NCBI GenBank assembly: GCA_951406725.2
Contig: OX597836.1
Coordinates: forward strand, 8,246,001 to 8,310,000
Direction: 5' to 3'
Length of the DNA stretch: 64,000 nucleotides
Source of the DNA: Octopus vulgaris
Lineage: Eukaryota
A model generated the notes under the pieces. It saw only the letters and a program-made list of their open reading frames with translations, was not told the DNA's origin and did not search any database. Of the stretch, positions 29,985-44,953 are shown piece by piece. The position numbers and the translations under genes were made by a program. The stretch's first letter is position 1. Each line of letters opens with the position of its first letter.

Positions 29985-30330
29985 TTCTTGTTTGTGTTCG
30001 TAATTGTGTACCAGTTTATCTTTTTGTGTACCTTGTTCTCCATTTCTTGGTCTTTGTCGCCGTACACATTGGCTAACTTTCTTACAAAGGGGTCTAATGC
30101 TCTTAGCTTAGACATTTGGTGGGTGGGGTGGGGGAGCAACCAGATCGAACCGTCTCAAGTGTAACTGCCCAAAACCGTCGTGACGTCTGGTACTTGACGG
30201 AGGAAAGAAGGCCCCGAATGACCCTTCTTTTTTCTTTTGCCTGTCCTTCTAATTGTTGCTTCTCTTGTCCTCCTTTGTATCGTCTATCTGTTCGAATGTT
30301 TTATTGTCCTCTATTGCGTTTTTGTCCTAT
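29985..30330. repeat. Unclassified interspersed repeat (related to 31200-31520, 44365-44415, 53715-53878)
   Basis: Shared blocks such as tctaatgc.ctt.gcttaga, ccagatcg, tctcaag and cttgac.ga. Confidence 0.6.
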
Positions 30331-30503
30331 TTATTTATTTATATATATATATAATGCACACATGTTCGTATATCACATAGATAGATAGCTAATCAACGGC
30401 AGCATTCGTCCTATATTTATAGACTGCCATATTAGCAAGGCGATAACTAGTAATATCCAGTACCGCTGGCGTAGTCTCCTTTACAGAGACTTAGAAATAA
30501 TAA

Positions 30504-30571
<68 letters not shown>

Positions 30572-30591
30572 TATTTGTATATATATGTGTG

Positions 30592-30629
<38 letters not shown>

Positions 30630-30632
30630 TTC

Positions 30633-31018
30633 TTTCTTTTACTCGTTTCAGTCATTTGACTGTGGCCATGCTGGAGCACCGCCTTTAGTCGAGCAAATCG
30701 CCTCCAGGACTTATTCTTTGTAAGCCTAGTACTTATTCTATCGGTCTTTTAGTCGAACCGCTAAGTTACGGAGACGTAAACACATCAGTTGTCAAGCGAT
30801 GTTGGGGGAACAAACACTGACACACAAACATTTACAAACACCTATATACATATATACATATATACGACAGGCTTCTTTCAGTTTCCGTCTACCAAATCCA
30901 CTCAGAAAACTTTAGTCGGCCCGAGTCAATAGTAGAAGACACTTGCACAAAGTGCCACGCAGTGGGACTGAACCCAGAACCATGTTGTTGATAAGCAAGC
31001 TACTTACCCCACAGCCAC
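30633..31018 (-). mobile_element. SINE family A, near full length
   Basis: Collinear with 57765-58162. Confidence 0.92.
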
Positions 31019-31082
31019 ATATATATTTGTATTTATCTATATATATATACATATATATATATATTTATATCAATCTATCTAT

Positions 31083-31117
<35 letters not shown>

Positions 31118-31128
31118 TATATATACAA

Positions 31129-31199
<71 letters not shown>

Positions 31200-31206
<7 letters not shown>

Positions 31207-31520
31207 ATATTTGTATTCTTATTCGTGTTATCATTATTGTTTTTACGTATTTTTGTATTTTTATTCGTGTAACATCGTCCGGTTTTCCGTCCCTGTTTTG
31301 TATACATTCGAGGCTTTCCTCCAAGGAATCTAATGCGCTTGGCTTAGATTTTCCTTTGGGGCCGGCCAGATCGGAGCAATCTCAAGATTAATCAGCCGAA
31401 ATTGCGAAGATGATCCGGTTCTTGACTGAAGATTGAAGGCTTTGAATGTCCCGTCCGTGTTTTTTGTATCGTCTTCTAAATGTTTTACGTTCTTGTCCCA
31501 GTTTGTATTTTTTTCATTTT
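31200..31520. repeat. Unclassified interspersed repeat
   Basis: 31393-31510 is the reverse complement of 53720-53878 (cttcagtcaagaaccggatcatc.tcgcaatttcggctga). Confidence 0.75.
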
Positions 31521-31569
<49 letters not shown>

Positions 31570-31885
31570 CAGCCCTTCTTGTCTGTATTATGTATATTTA
31601 TATATGTATATTTATATGGATTGTAGTACTCTGTGTCAACCAATATTCTGTGCATGTTTGAATATACAGATACAATACCAATACCAATATCAATTCCTTC
31701 TGGAAACTATCTTAAGCATGTCCTTGAGAACGATTATTTATGTAGTAATCTTTTGTGCCCAATATTTTAAGGAACTTGTCGAACTTTTTTATGTCCTTAA
31801 CATGTCCCTGTTACCAAAGACTGTATATATGTAATGTAGCAATTTGCAACAACCAATAATTAACGCAACCAAACTTCTAAAAGTT

Positions 31886-31926
31886 ACTTTTGACAATCCT
31901 TTTCCAAAGAGTGAAACCGGTAAAGT
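31886..31926 (+). ncRNA. Degenerate hammerhead-like motif
   Basis: actt TTGACAA tc...gagt GAAAC cg GTA aagt. Stem I is actt/aagt; the core is mutated. Confidence 0.4.
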
Positions 31927-31967
31927 AAATAAAGATCTTTTAAATTGCATTTTCAAACCTTCTTTCG

Positions 31968-32046
<79 letters not shown>

Positions 32047-32954
32047 TAGGTAAATTGTAATTGAAGAAATCCTATATTGTAGATTTCTATAACTCCCAAA
32101 GGGAGGCAGATAAAATCTGCCTTTTATAATAAGATATATATATATATATTTGTATATAGATAGATATATGAATCTTTGTGTGTTTGTGTGTGAGTCTATC
32201 TGTGTGCGTTTGTAAGCGTTTCTAATTATGACTTGACGCATCTTTCTTAGAGCTAAAGACCGACATAGAGACAACCACAGACACATACATACATACATAC
32301 ACAAAATTACACCCACGCATACATGACACACACACACACACACGTGCACACACACAAAATCATATTCATATTCTCACATACATGCACACACACACACACT
32401 CACACTCACACAAACATACATATACATGCAGAAAATTATACTCCCACATACATACATACACAAAATTACACCCACGCATGCATGCACACACACACACACG
32501 TGCACACTCACACACACGCACAAAATCATATTCATATTCTCACATACATGCACACACACACACTCACACTCACTCACACACACACATACATGCAGAAAAT
32601 TATACTCCCACATGCAAACATACACACACACGCAATCACGTACAGCCACACACACATACACAAACGCCCACTTACACACACACACACGCACACTCACACA
32701 CTAACACACTAACACACAGAAACACACACACACGAACACATACACACACATACACACACACTCACGCAACACACAAGCTCGCTAACTCGCGCGCGCACAC
32801 ACACAAACACATACACACACAAACACACACACTCACACACATACATGCAACCACACACGTACATATTGACCTAAATTTGATATGAAGCATATTTCTAGTT
32901 CTTCCTTTCCGTTGAAAAGTAAGTACACACGCGTTGTCCAGGCAACAGTGACCT

Positions 32955-32991
<37 letters not shown>

Positions 32992-33136
32992 TTCACACGC
33001 GCACACATAGCTATTAACACATACATGTATACATTGTTATACATACGCATTTAAGCATAAACACATATTCATCGTGTACAATCAACCGTGCACACAATAT
33101 ATGCCTGTAATATCATACACACACACACACACACAC

Positions 33137-33206
<70 letters not shown>

Positions 33207-33441
33207 GCATGTATATGGATACACACATAAACACACGCACTCACACATATATATGCATATATATATATATAATATATATATATATTGATGTGTGTATGTA
33301 TATGTATATGTATCCACAGATACATAGATATACATATATATATATGCACATAAACATATGTATATACATATGTGTGTGTACCTATGTGTATCTATCCATC
33401 CATCTATCTATCTATCCATCCATCTATCTATCTATCTATCC

Positions 33442-33472
<31 letters not shown>

Positions 33473-33578
33473 AATTTATCTTTATCTATATCTATATTTA
33501 TATATCTATATCCACCTATATATATATATATTGATAAAAATGGTGAGACACACACACATACATATATATATATTTATC

Positions 33579-33659
<81 letters not shown>

Positions 33660-33718
33660 CATATATATCATATATTATATATATATATATGTGTAAATAT
33701 ATATATATATGTATCATA

Positions 33719-33756
<38 letters not shown>

Positions 33757-33808
33757 TATGATACATATATATATATATTTACACATATATATATATATCA
33801 TATATATC

Positions 33809-33847
<39 letters not shown>

Positions 33848-33849
33848 TA

Positions 33850-33918
<69 letters not shown>

Positions 33919-34142
33919 TGTATATATTGACATCTGGATATTTCCCTCTTCTCTTTCGAGGCATCTAATTTAAAAAAGCATATTAATAGTTAAGTGCAAA
34001 ACGTTTTTTTTTTTAATGCGATTCTCCGTAAAAATAGTAAAAATTAAGAAGAAGGAAGAAACTTGCTTCGCTTACAGAAATATATTTTTATTCTCCAATT
34101 TAAAAACAAGCCCAAAACAGCAACAGCAGTAACAACAACCTA

Positions 34143-34186
<44 letters not shown>

Positions 34187-34335
34187 ATACTACTGCTAGA
34201 ACAGCTACCACCGCAACCACCACCATCGTCACCAAAGCCGCCGCCACCACTACCACCACCACCACCACCACCACCACCACCACCACCACCACTACTACTA
34301 ATACTACTACTAGAACAGCTACCACCACCACCACC

Positions 34336-34369
<34 letters not shown>

Positions 34370-34520
34370 ATACTACTGCTAGAACAGCTACCACATCAAC
34401 CACCACCATCGTCACCAAAGCCGCCGCCACCACTACCACCACCACCACCACCGCCACCACCACCACCACCACTACTACTACTACTACTACTTGTACTACT
34501 ACTACTACTACTGTTACTAC
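34143..34520 (+). repeat. (ACT)n/(ACC)n mosaic with an internal ~183 bp duplication
   Basis: actgctagaacagctaccac...catcgtcaccaaagccgccgcc occurs twice. Confidence 0.9.
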
Positions 34521-35123
34521 TACGAAACGACGACAACGACAATGACGACAGCTACCACCCCCAACAACTACCACAACAACTACCACCACCACCACCAGCA
34601 TCACCACCACCACTACTACTGTTACTAGTGCTACAACCGTCACCACCACCACCACCACCATCACTACCAGTACTAGCAACAGTACCACCAGCATCACAAC
34701 TATACCGCCCACCCACCCCCTAACCACAATCGCCACCACCATCGCCCCTCATCGCCAACATCGTCACTACCAGTACCACCACCGCCCTGCAGCCGCCATC
34801 ATTACCATTGCCACCATTTCTAATAGAAGGAGAAAAATGAACATAGAATTTATAATTTAGAGAAAAAAAAAATCTTTAAAAATTAATAAAACCTGGAGAC
34901 ACGAAATTGTGCTAGACTGGCTATAGGGGCTTTAGAGTTTTTTTTTTCTCTTTCAATGTCTTCAATTGTATTTATGTTTTTTGTGTTGATTTAGAGGCCT
35001 CGAGATAAATGGAGATATTTGAAATGCTTAGTACCTTTATAGGGCTTATGTTCTCTATATCTGCGTGTGTATAATTTACATACAAAAATATATAACATAT
35101 ATATATATATATAACACATATAC

Positions 35124-35169
<46 letters not shown>

Positions 35170-35306
35170 AAAATACATATACATATATATGCGTGTGTGT
35201 GTCTGTGCGTGTATAGTTAATATATGCAAGAATTAGATTTAAAAACCGGTGTGTATAGCGTATATATATATATATAAGTTTATATATACATGTATATATA
35301 TATATA

Positions 35307-35361
<55 letters not shown>

Positions 35362-35663
35362 ACATATATATGTATATGTGTGTGTATGTATGTGTATATA
35401 TATATATGTGTGTGTGTATATATATACATATATATATGTACACACACATACATGTGGAACGATATTAGCAGTAATATTCCATTTTAAAGAAGTCTTACCG
35501 AAAGGCTTTCGCGTTAAAAAAAAACAGGCTGAATGTAATGTGTTATAAATCTAATATAATAAAATATAATATAATATATATGTTTTCGGTACCGAACAAA
35601 TAATAAAAGGAAAAAGTTTTAACACATGTTGTTTTAGTTTAACGCTTAATACGAAACGAAAGA

Positions 35664-35700
35664 TCCTCGATGTTTCGGACAGTAGTCCTTCATCAAAAGA
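35664..35700 (-). ncRNA. Minimal hammerhead-like motif
   Basis: Minus strand: tctt TTGATGA a ggac-tact-gtcc GAAAC ATC gagga. Confidence 0.5.
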
Positions 35701-36110
35701 AAGGACAGAAAAGAAAGAATGGGAGAAAAATAATAACGGGAGTTAAGTTTGTGGGAAAGGAATAAGAAAAAATGTTAGGGTCCAGATGGAAATGTAGTTC
35801 TATAAGTAGCAGTTAGGAAAGGAGGAAGAGGCGGCTAGGGGTCAGCATATGAAGCAGGGCATCTGTGTACAGAGATGGCTTTGGGGTAGCTGTGTCTATG
35901 GTGGTATGAAATGCGTATGGTTTCTTGGGACGTGTGGAAGTGTGCGGGGAAGTACGGATGTACGGAAGTGCAGTGGGGTGGGATAGTCGGGGTACAGTGG
36001 GTGTAGGTGCCGTCGTATTGTGTATGTGTGGAAGCTGTGGTTGAGAGGAGACGTAAGGTACGAAAAACACTGAAGGAACCGAGTACAAATAATGAGAAAA
36101 TATATAAAAA

Positions 36111-36263
36111 GGAGTGGCTGTGTAGTAAGTAGCTTGCTTACCACCCACATTGTTCCGGGTTCATTAGGCAAGTGTCTTCTACTATAGCCTCGGGCCGACC
36201 AAAGCCTTGTGAGTGGATTTGGTAGACGGAAACTGAAAGAAGCACGTCGTATGTGTGTGTGTG

Positions 36264-36296
<33 letters not shown>

Positions 36297-36480
36297 GTGT
36301 TTGTCCCCCAACATCGCTTGACAGCCGCTGCTGGTGTGTTTACGTCCCCGTAACCTAGCGGTTCGGCAAAAGTATCAGATGGAAGTACTAGGCTTACAAA
36401 GAATAAGTCCTGGGGTCGATTCACTCGACTAAAAGCAGTGCACCAGCATCGCCGCAGTCAAATGACTGAAACAAATAAAA

Positions 36481-36483
<3 letters not shown>
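36111..36483 (+). mobile_element. SINE family A
   Basis: Head to tail match, with a small deletion after the B box. Confidence 0.9.
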
Positions 36484-36521
<38 letters not shown>

Positions 36522-36692
36522 CACACACACACACATATATATATATATAATATCCAAAAGCGGTTATCAGCCAAATACTTACATGCTGTTATTTATAGTA
36601 TAGATGTACTTTGAGAATCTATACCAGAGAAGAAGAATTTGCATTCTCTCATAAGTTTATAAATTCTTATGACGTCAATTATATACATACAT

Positions 36693-37068
36693 GTGTAGAA
36701 GCAATGTCCCAGTGTTTAGGGCAGCGGACTCACGGTCGTAGGATCGCGGTATCGATTCCCAGACCGGGCATTTTGAGTGTTTATTGAACGAAAACACTTA
36801 GAGCTCCACGATGCTTCGGTCGGTGGGGGGGAACCTTGCTGTACTCTTTCACCACAACTTTCTCTCTCTCTCTCTCTCCCTGCTTCTGTTACTGTTGTAC
36901 CTGTATTTCAAAGGGCCAGCCTTTGTGTCACGCTGAATCTCCACGAGAACTACGTTAGGGGTACACGTGTCTGTGGAGTGCTCAGCTACTTGCACGTTAA
37001 TTTCACGAGCAGACTGTTACGTTGATCGGATCAATTGGAACCCTCGTCGTTGTAAACGACGGAGTACC
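36693..37068 (+). mobile_element. SINE family C, near full length
   Basis: tRNA-like head (cccagtgtttagggcagcggact...tcgattccc) and tail ggaaccctcgtcg...gacggagt. Confidence 0.9.
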
Positions 37069-37096
37069 ACACACACACACACACACACACACAAAT

Positions 37097-37162
<66 letters not shown>

Positions 37163-37232
37163 GATAGATCAAAAGCCTTCTTCGGCCGCGTGCCATTGCA
37201 TTCATAATTTATATATATACATATATACATAT

Positions 37233-37287
<55 letters not shown>

Positions 37288-37313
37288 ATATGTATGTGTA
37301 TATATATACATAG

Positions 37314-37417
<104 letters not shown>

Positions 37418-38052
37418 ATTGAATAACATATGGTTGTACCTTCAACCGTGCTGACTACTGTGATTTTTGCTACTAAGGTATCGTAAACTTTGATTAATCT
37501 ACTACAATTATTCATCTTTCTATTTCACATAATATATATATATATATATATATATATACTTACATACATATATACATATAGTTCAAGTGAATAACTCGGC
37601 GTTTTCGAACATTGATCTTTCTTGATCTTTCGTTCAACTTTGACTCACTACCAGAACGCTTTTGTGGAATAACATTTTTTGCTGTCAGCAGGCGGAACTG
37701 TCGATGTCACCGTCGGATTATTTCTGCCTCCGGTGATGAAGAAAACATTTTTCAAAATCTCATCTTTCCAGCTGCCGTGTTTCTATATAACACTAATTCT
37801 AATTATATATATTTTTCCTTCGTTGCCGTTTTACCACGTCGTTCAAGGGAACCAATGATTTATTGTGGTCGCAATAAATCGACGAAATCTGCAACTAGGA
37901 TTCCCAAGCACATGGATCTGGGTCCCACCCACGTGGTACCTTCAGCATGTGTCTTCTAATATAGCCCTGGGCTGACCAAACTGTGGGGAAAGCGATTCTC
38001 TCTCTCTCACTCTCTCTCACTCATTCTCTCTCTCCGTATATATATATGTGTG

Positions 38053-38099
<47 letters not shown>

Positions 38100-38451
38100 T
38101 TCTCCATACCCCACCACAATCGGTATTGGCTTGTTTATATCAACGTAACTTAGTGGTTCAGCAAAAAGGAGCGATGGATCAGGTACCAGGTTTTTAAGAA
38201 AAAAAGAAAAACATAAGTACTGCGATCAATTTGTTCGACTAAACCCGTCAACACAGTGCCCCAGCATGGCCGCAGTTCAATGTGGCTGGAAACAAGTCGA
38301 GGATAAAACATATGCTCAATGGCTTAGTGGCGAGGGGTGTTGGACTCATGATCGTAAGATTGTGGTTTCGATTCCTAGACTGGGCAATGCATTGTATTTA
38401 CTCTGACTTGTTTCAGTCATTTGACTGCGGCCATGCTGGAGCACCGCCTGT

Positions 38452-38621
38452 ATTCGTGAGCAATATTTCAGTTAACGTCTATGTTACATTCTGGCATGGA
38501 GAGTTATTAATGTAGAAAGTTGGTATCTCAGCTACTAGCAGCTGAGACATGCGTAATCGAGACGGCGTCTTTCAATTTCATTCTTCTCTTTAACCCGGGC
38601 AACGCCGGGTATTTCTGCTAA
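38452..38621 (+). mobile_element. Helitron 3' end
   Basis: Hairpin ACCCGGGCAACGCCGGGT followed by ATTTCTGCTAA (CTAG variant); same terminus style as 42674-42702. Confidence 0.65.
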
Positions 38622-38639
38622 TATATATCTGCGTGTGTG

Positions 38640-38850
38640 TATTTGTGTTTGTTTCCCCATCACCGTTTCACAACCGGTGCTGGGGTGCTTCTGTCCCCAC
38701 AACTTAGCGGTTCGGAAATAGGGTTTGATAGAATGAGTACCAGGCTTTAAAAAGTACTGGAGTCGATTCATTCGGTTAAAAGTTCTTGAAGGCAGTGCAC
38801 CAGCATGGCCGCAGTCTGATGACTGAAACAAGTAAAAAATAAATAAAAGA
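38640..38850 (+). mobile_element. SINE family A-related, 3' half
   Basis: aacttagcggttcgg...cagcatggccgcagtc..atgactgaaacaagtaaaa. Confidence 0.8.
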
Positions 38851-38953
38851 TGTATACGTATATATATTATCTTTTATCTTTTACTTGTTCCAGTCATCAG
38901 ACTGCGACCATGTGGTTGGGAAGCAAGCTTCTTACCACGCAGCCATGCCGGCG

Positions 38954-39005
<52 letters not shown>

Positions 39006-39238
39006 TGTATGGTTGTGTATGTGTGTGTGTATGTGTGTGTGTATGTGTGTGTGTATGTGTGTGTATGTGTGTGTATGTGTGTGTGTTTGTGTGTGTGTGT
39101 ATGTGTGTGTGCATGTGTGTATGTGTGTGTATGTGTGTGTGTATGTGTGTGTGTGTGTGTAAGTATGTGTGTGTATGTGTGTGTATGTGTGTGTGTATAT
39201 ATGTGTGTATGTGTGTGTGTATGTGTGTGTATGTATGT

Positions 39239-39282
<44 letters not shown>

Positions 39283-39994
39283 TATGTATGTATCTATATC
39301 CGTAGGAGAATTAAACAGTAGATCTAAATTCTTTGTTATTGCATCATAAGTTAATTCCTGGCGTTATAATAAAGACATCAACTGAAGCACGTTTCATTCT
39401 GTTCTCTGACATAAATACTTTAAGCAATTTTCATACACACATATTCATAGCTAATTCTAGTCTAATTGTTGTTGTGAATAATTCCGAAAATATTTGATTT
39501 TCCTCGATGGCTTTTCTCATTTCTTTAAATAAGAAAATTTCTAAGGTTTTACAACGAACCGTCTTTAATCCACCATTCTTTATATTGTAAGAAAATTATA
39601 ACTATTTATTCTTTCAGAACGCTTTTAAAATAATAACATATATAACTGATGCTAGATATTTTTTAAGGCACATGCAGAAAATGTTTATAAAATTTTTTAA
39701 AACAGCTTATGTTTATTGTCAAACTTCAATAAACATCATTTTTTTTTTGTTTTCTTATATAACTTTAAAAAGACGTAATTCCTCTGAGACGGAATTAAAT
39801 TTGAATAACTCTGTAAATTATTCAAAAGTTTATAAGAGCAAAAGTAAATTGGATGACAAATGATGTTCAACACCTTATGTATGTATGAGTGTGTGTACAT
39901 ATATATGTATATGTATATATACACACACGCAAACATAGAGACATATACATATGTATTCACATATATATATTTTGTCCTTTATCTTTGGAATTTT

Positions 39995-40385
39995 TTAGTC
40001 ATTAGACTGCGGCCATGCTGAGGCACCGCTTTGAAGGATGTAGTCGAAGAAATCGACCCCAGTATTTATTTCTTTTTAAGCCTGGTACATGTTCTAACTG
40101 TCTCATTTTGCCGATCAACAATGTTACAGAGAGTCAACCAAACCAACACCGGTTGTCGAACGGTAGTGGAGGGCATACAAAAACAGCAAGGCACACACAC
40201 ACACACACATATATATATACGACGGGCTTCGGTCAGTTTCCGTCTACCAAATCTACTCATAAGTCTTTGGTTGGCCAGAGGCTATAGTAGACGACACTTG
40301 TACGTCGTGCCATGCAATGGGACTGAACCCGGAACGATGTTATTGGAAAGCAGGGAAGTAAACTGCTTATGACACGGCCACGCCT
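39995..40385 (-). mobile_element. SINE family A, older copy
   Basis: Diverged reverse-complement match over the full length. Confidence 0.82.
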
Positions 40386-40391
40386 ACAACA

Positions 40392-40441
<50 letters not shown>

Positions 40442-40790
40442 TGGATAGATAAACAGACTCACACACAAACACATGCGTTCTTATATGTGAGTGAGCTTGT
40501 TTGCGTATGTATGTGTGCGAATGTGTGTGAGTGTCTGTGTGTCTGTGTGTGTGTTTGTGTATGTGTGTGTATAGGGTGTACGGTTTGCGTGTGCGTGTGC
40601 GTGTGTGTATACAGATTCTTCGGAAGAGTATATCCAATTAAAGAGATGCATATGATATTCTCCATTCCATCAAACTCAAATCTGCTGGTGGAGGAGGAAG
40701 CGGCGGAGAGAGAAAAAAATTGTCAAAATGATTCCCTTTATTGTAATAATAAAAAACGACAAATGAATTAAGTTTGCATACATGTATAGG

Positions 40791-40822
<32 letters not shown>

Positions 40823-41425
40823 TGTATGTATGTATGTATGTATGTATGTATGTATGTATGTGTTTGCATATATATATGTATATGCATGTATGTATGTATG
40901 TATGTATGTATGTACGTACGTATGTATGTATGTATGTATGTATGTATGTATGTATGTATGTATGTATGTGCACATATATATATGTGTTTGCATATATATA
41001 TGTATATGCATGTATGTATGTATGTATGTATGTACGTACGTATGTACGTACGTACGTACGTATGTATGTATGTATGTATGTATGTATGTATGTATGTATG
41101 TATGTGCATATATATATGTGTTTGCATATATATATGTATATGCATGTATGTATGTATGTATGTATGTATGTATGTATGTATGTATGTGCACATATATATA
41201 TGTGTTTGCATATATATATGTATATGCATGTATGTATGTATGTATTTTAATATACGTACATACACTAAGATATATCGATGTATGTGTCAATGCATATATA
41301 TATATATATATACACACAAGCACCTCTCATATATGCATGAATATATATACAAGTATATATCTATACAAGTAAATAAGCCTATGCATGTGTGTGTATGTAT
41401 ATATATATATATACACACACACATA

Positions 41426-41466
<41 letters not shown>

Positions 41467-42170
41467 CACACATATATATATATTCATTTTGTACATATAA
41501 TCATGCATGTATACCTATGTGTGGTGTACGTGCTTACGTACGTATGTTCTCTCGCTCTCGCGCGCACACACTTATATACATTCATATTCTCTCCATCCAC
41601 CCTATTACAGTTTTGACTAATTGTGTTTTTTTATACTTCATCGGTTTTTTCGCTGTTTTTATTTACTTGCTTCCTACTCAATCTTGCCGCTTCCACCCCC
41701 TCACCCGCCTCGATCCGTAACTCCCGCCCTTCCCATGCCCCTCATTACCCCCACTCCAAACCCACCCCCATATACCAAAACGGTGGGGTGATTGACATAA
41801 ACGCATTTCCAAGATCAGAAGAGCTCTAATTATGGAAGCAAATTTCTAGCCATTTGGAAAATATCAAGTTAATGATGGGACGAATTGTGATTCTTATCAA
41901 ACCAGACAAATTGATAATGGCAATAGATTGAAATGAGAGAGTTAATAAAACAATGAACTGTTTTCTGCGACCGCCATTTTGTTTTCGTCTACTCCTCCCC
42001 CTCATTCCACAACTCACAGACACCCATAGTTTCTTGTCTGTCTGTCTGACTGTCTTTATTTGGCATACACACACACACACACACACACAAACGGACACAA
42101 ATATATACGCATATAAATTTGTTTCAAACATACATAAGTACGTGTTCACACACCTGCGTGTATATATATG

Positions 42171-42204
<34 letters not shown>

Positions 42205-42318
42205 TATATACATATACATATATACATATATATATATTTATATTTATATATATGTACATAAAAATGTATATAAGTATATTTATATGTATGTGTATATATA
42301 TGTATGTCTGTATGTATA

Positions 42319-42702
42319 TCTCTCTATATATAAACGGCAGTTTGTCTGTGTGTGTTTCTGTGTGTCTGTCAGGTTGTACCCTCACCCTGACCACGGCTTT
42401 CAACCGATTCTGATGAAACTTAACACACACATAGCCCAATGTCATAATTCAAAACTAACGCAGAGAAAATTTTGAAAAGTTCCCCCAGTTCTGAAAAAAA
42501 TCGATAAATTCGACATGGGGTCGAGAATCAGAAACACAAACCACAGACTGTCTAGGGGACGCAACTCGACCGTTTTAACTCTCAAAAAAAAATTTACCAT
42601 AATTTTTTTCCATTTTTTTGCTATTTTTTGGCTATAACTCTCTAAAAATGCTTTATAGTTATTTCCCTTACAAACCCGAGCAACGCTGGGCGATAATGCT
42701 AG
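42319..42702 (+). mobile_element. Complete non-autonomous Helitron (~384 bp)
   Basis: A|TC 5' end, subterminal hairpin CCCGAGCAACGCTGGG, CTAG|T 3' end, no TSD. Confidence 0.85.
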
Positions 42703-42870
42703 TATATATATATATATGTATGTATGTATACATTAATATAGTATATATATGTATGTATGTATATGTATATATGCAGATATATACATACATGTGTATATAT
42801 ATATACAGTGAGAGATAGACGAAGGGAGAGATAGATACCTAAATAGATAGTTAGATAGACAGACAGATGC

Positions 42871-42915
<45 letters not shown>

Positions 42916-43065
42916 TTGTTTTATGCACCTTCTGTATTCACGAGTCACTAAGATATATAAATATATATACACACATATATATTTATATTTATACACACAC
43001 ACACAAAAATGTACACATGTATATTTATATCTACATATATATATATATACATACACGCACATATA

Positions 43066-43101
<36 letters not shown>

Positions 43102-43159
43102 TGCATATGCATACATACATAAAGGCATGCATGCATACATGCATACATACATACATACA

Positions 43160-43190
<31 letters not shown>

Positions 43191-43258
43191 GCACACATAC
43201 ATGCATACATACATACATACATACATACATACATACATACATACATACATACACACAT

Positions 43259-43365
<107 letters not shown>

Positions 43366-43526
43366 TAGATAGATAGATAGATAGATAGATATACATTCAC
43401 ACATGTGCACAGACAGACATTCATCATTCACAAACATACAAACATACATACATACAAACATACATACATACATACATACATACATATGCACACATACATA
43501 CATACATACAAACATACAAACATACA

Positions 43527-43557
<31 letters not shown>

Positions 43558-43596
43558 GCACACATACATACATACATACATGCATACATACATATG

Positions 43597-43977
43597 TGGC
43601 ACTCCGTCGGTTGCGACAACGAGGGTTCCAGTTGATCCGATCAACGGAACAGCTTGCTCGTGAACTTAACGTCCAAGTGGCTGAGCACTCCGCAAACACG
43701 TGTGTACCCTTAACGTAGTTCTCGGGGGAGATTCAGCGTGACACAGAGTGTGACAAGGTTGGTTCCTTTGAAATAGAGGCACAACAGAAACAGGAAGAGT
43801 GAGAGACAGTTGTGGCGAAAGAGTACAGCAGGGTTCGTCACCACACCCTGCCGGAGGCTCGTGGAGCTTTAAGTGTTTTCGTTCAATAAACACTCACAAC
43901 GCCCAGTCTGGGAATCGAAACTGCGATCCTACGACCGCGAGTCCGCTGCCCTAACCACTGGACCATTGCACCTCCAC
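43597..43977 (-). mobile_element. SINE family C, full length
   Basis: Reverse complement of 36693-37068; embedded in (ATAC)n. Confidence 0.92.
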
Positions 43978-44030
43978 ATACATACATACATACATACATA
44001 CACACATACATACATACATACATACATACA

Positions 44031-44061
<31 letters not shown>

Positions 44062-44330
44062 GTACATACATACATACATACATACATACATACATACATA
44101 CATACATACATACATACATACATACATAGAGACGCGCATGCATCATATGTTTGTATATTTTATATATATGTATACGCATACTATACACACACACAAATAC
44201 ACAAACGCGCATATTTCCATATACGCACGCAAGAACTCATTGACACAGTAACACACTTGTAGACACATACATATACACACACACTCAAAAACATAAACAT
44301 ACACATACACACCGACATGTGCACATATTC

Positions 44331-44370
<40 letters not shown>

Positions 44371-44428
44371 GTCTATTTGAGTGTTTTGCGTTCTTGTCCC
44401 ATTTTGTGTTTTTTTTTTATATATTTTA

Positions 44429-44465
<37 letters not shown>

Positions 44466-44873
44466 CTCCCTCCCACATGTAATCCCCTCTATCTCACTCC
44501 CTCACTCCACCCCACTTCACGCCCCCTGCCGGCACCCACCGACACACGCAGGTATGTACATATATTCACCTACGTATTGAATTCGTCGGCGACGTCGACG
44601 TTGGCATCATCATCACCACCACCACCACCACCACCAGTACCAACACCCCACTTTCATCGTCTACCACCACCTCCACCACCACCACCAGCTACAAAAAAAA
44701 AAGCCAGCATCAACGGCAACAACAAAAACACTTGAACATTATCATATCGACTATCGAGAGTTTATTATATGGCTTCCGTTGTAAATAATTCAACAGGAAG
44801 TGGAATGGATGTTGATATATATACACATACATACACACCTACATACATACACAAATACATATATAATATATCA

Positions 44874-44953
<80 letters not shown>

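Noticed and set aside
34063-34545. Mucin-like Thr-rich ORF
   Set aside because: Explained by (ACT)/(ACC) repeats and a local duplication; no signal peptide or exon evidence.
37590-37790. Possible Tc1 N-terminal fragment on the minus strand (KRSGSESKLNER)
   Set aside because: Similarity is too short and weak to support a call.
43905-43977. tRNA gene-like sequence (also 36693, 45233, 52030)
   Set aside because: These are tRNA-derived SINE heads that continue into SINE bodies.
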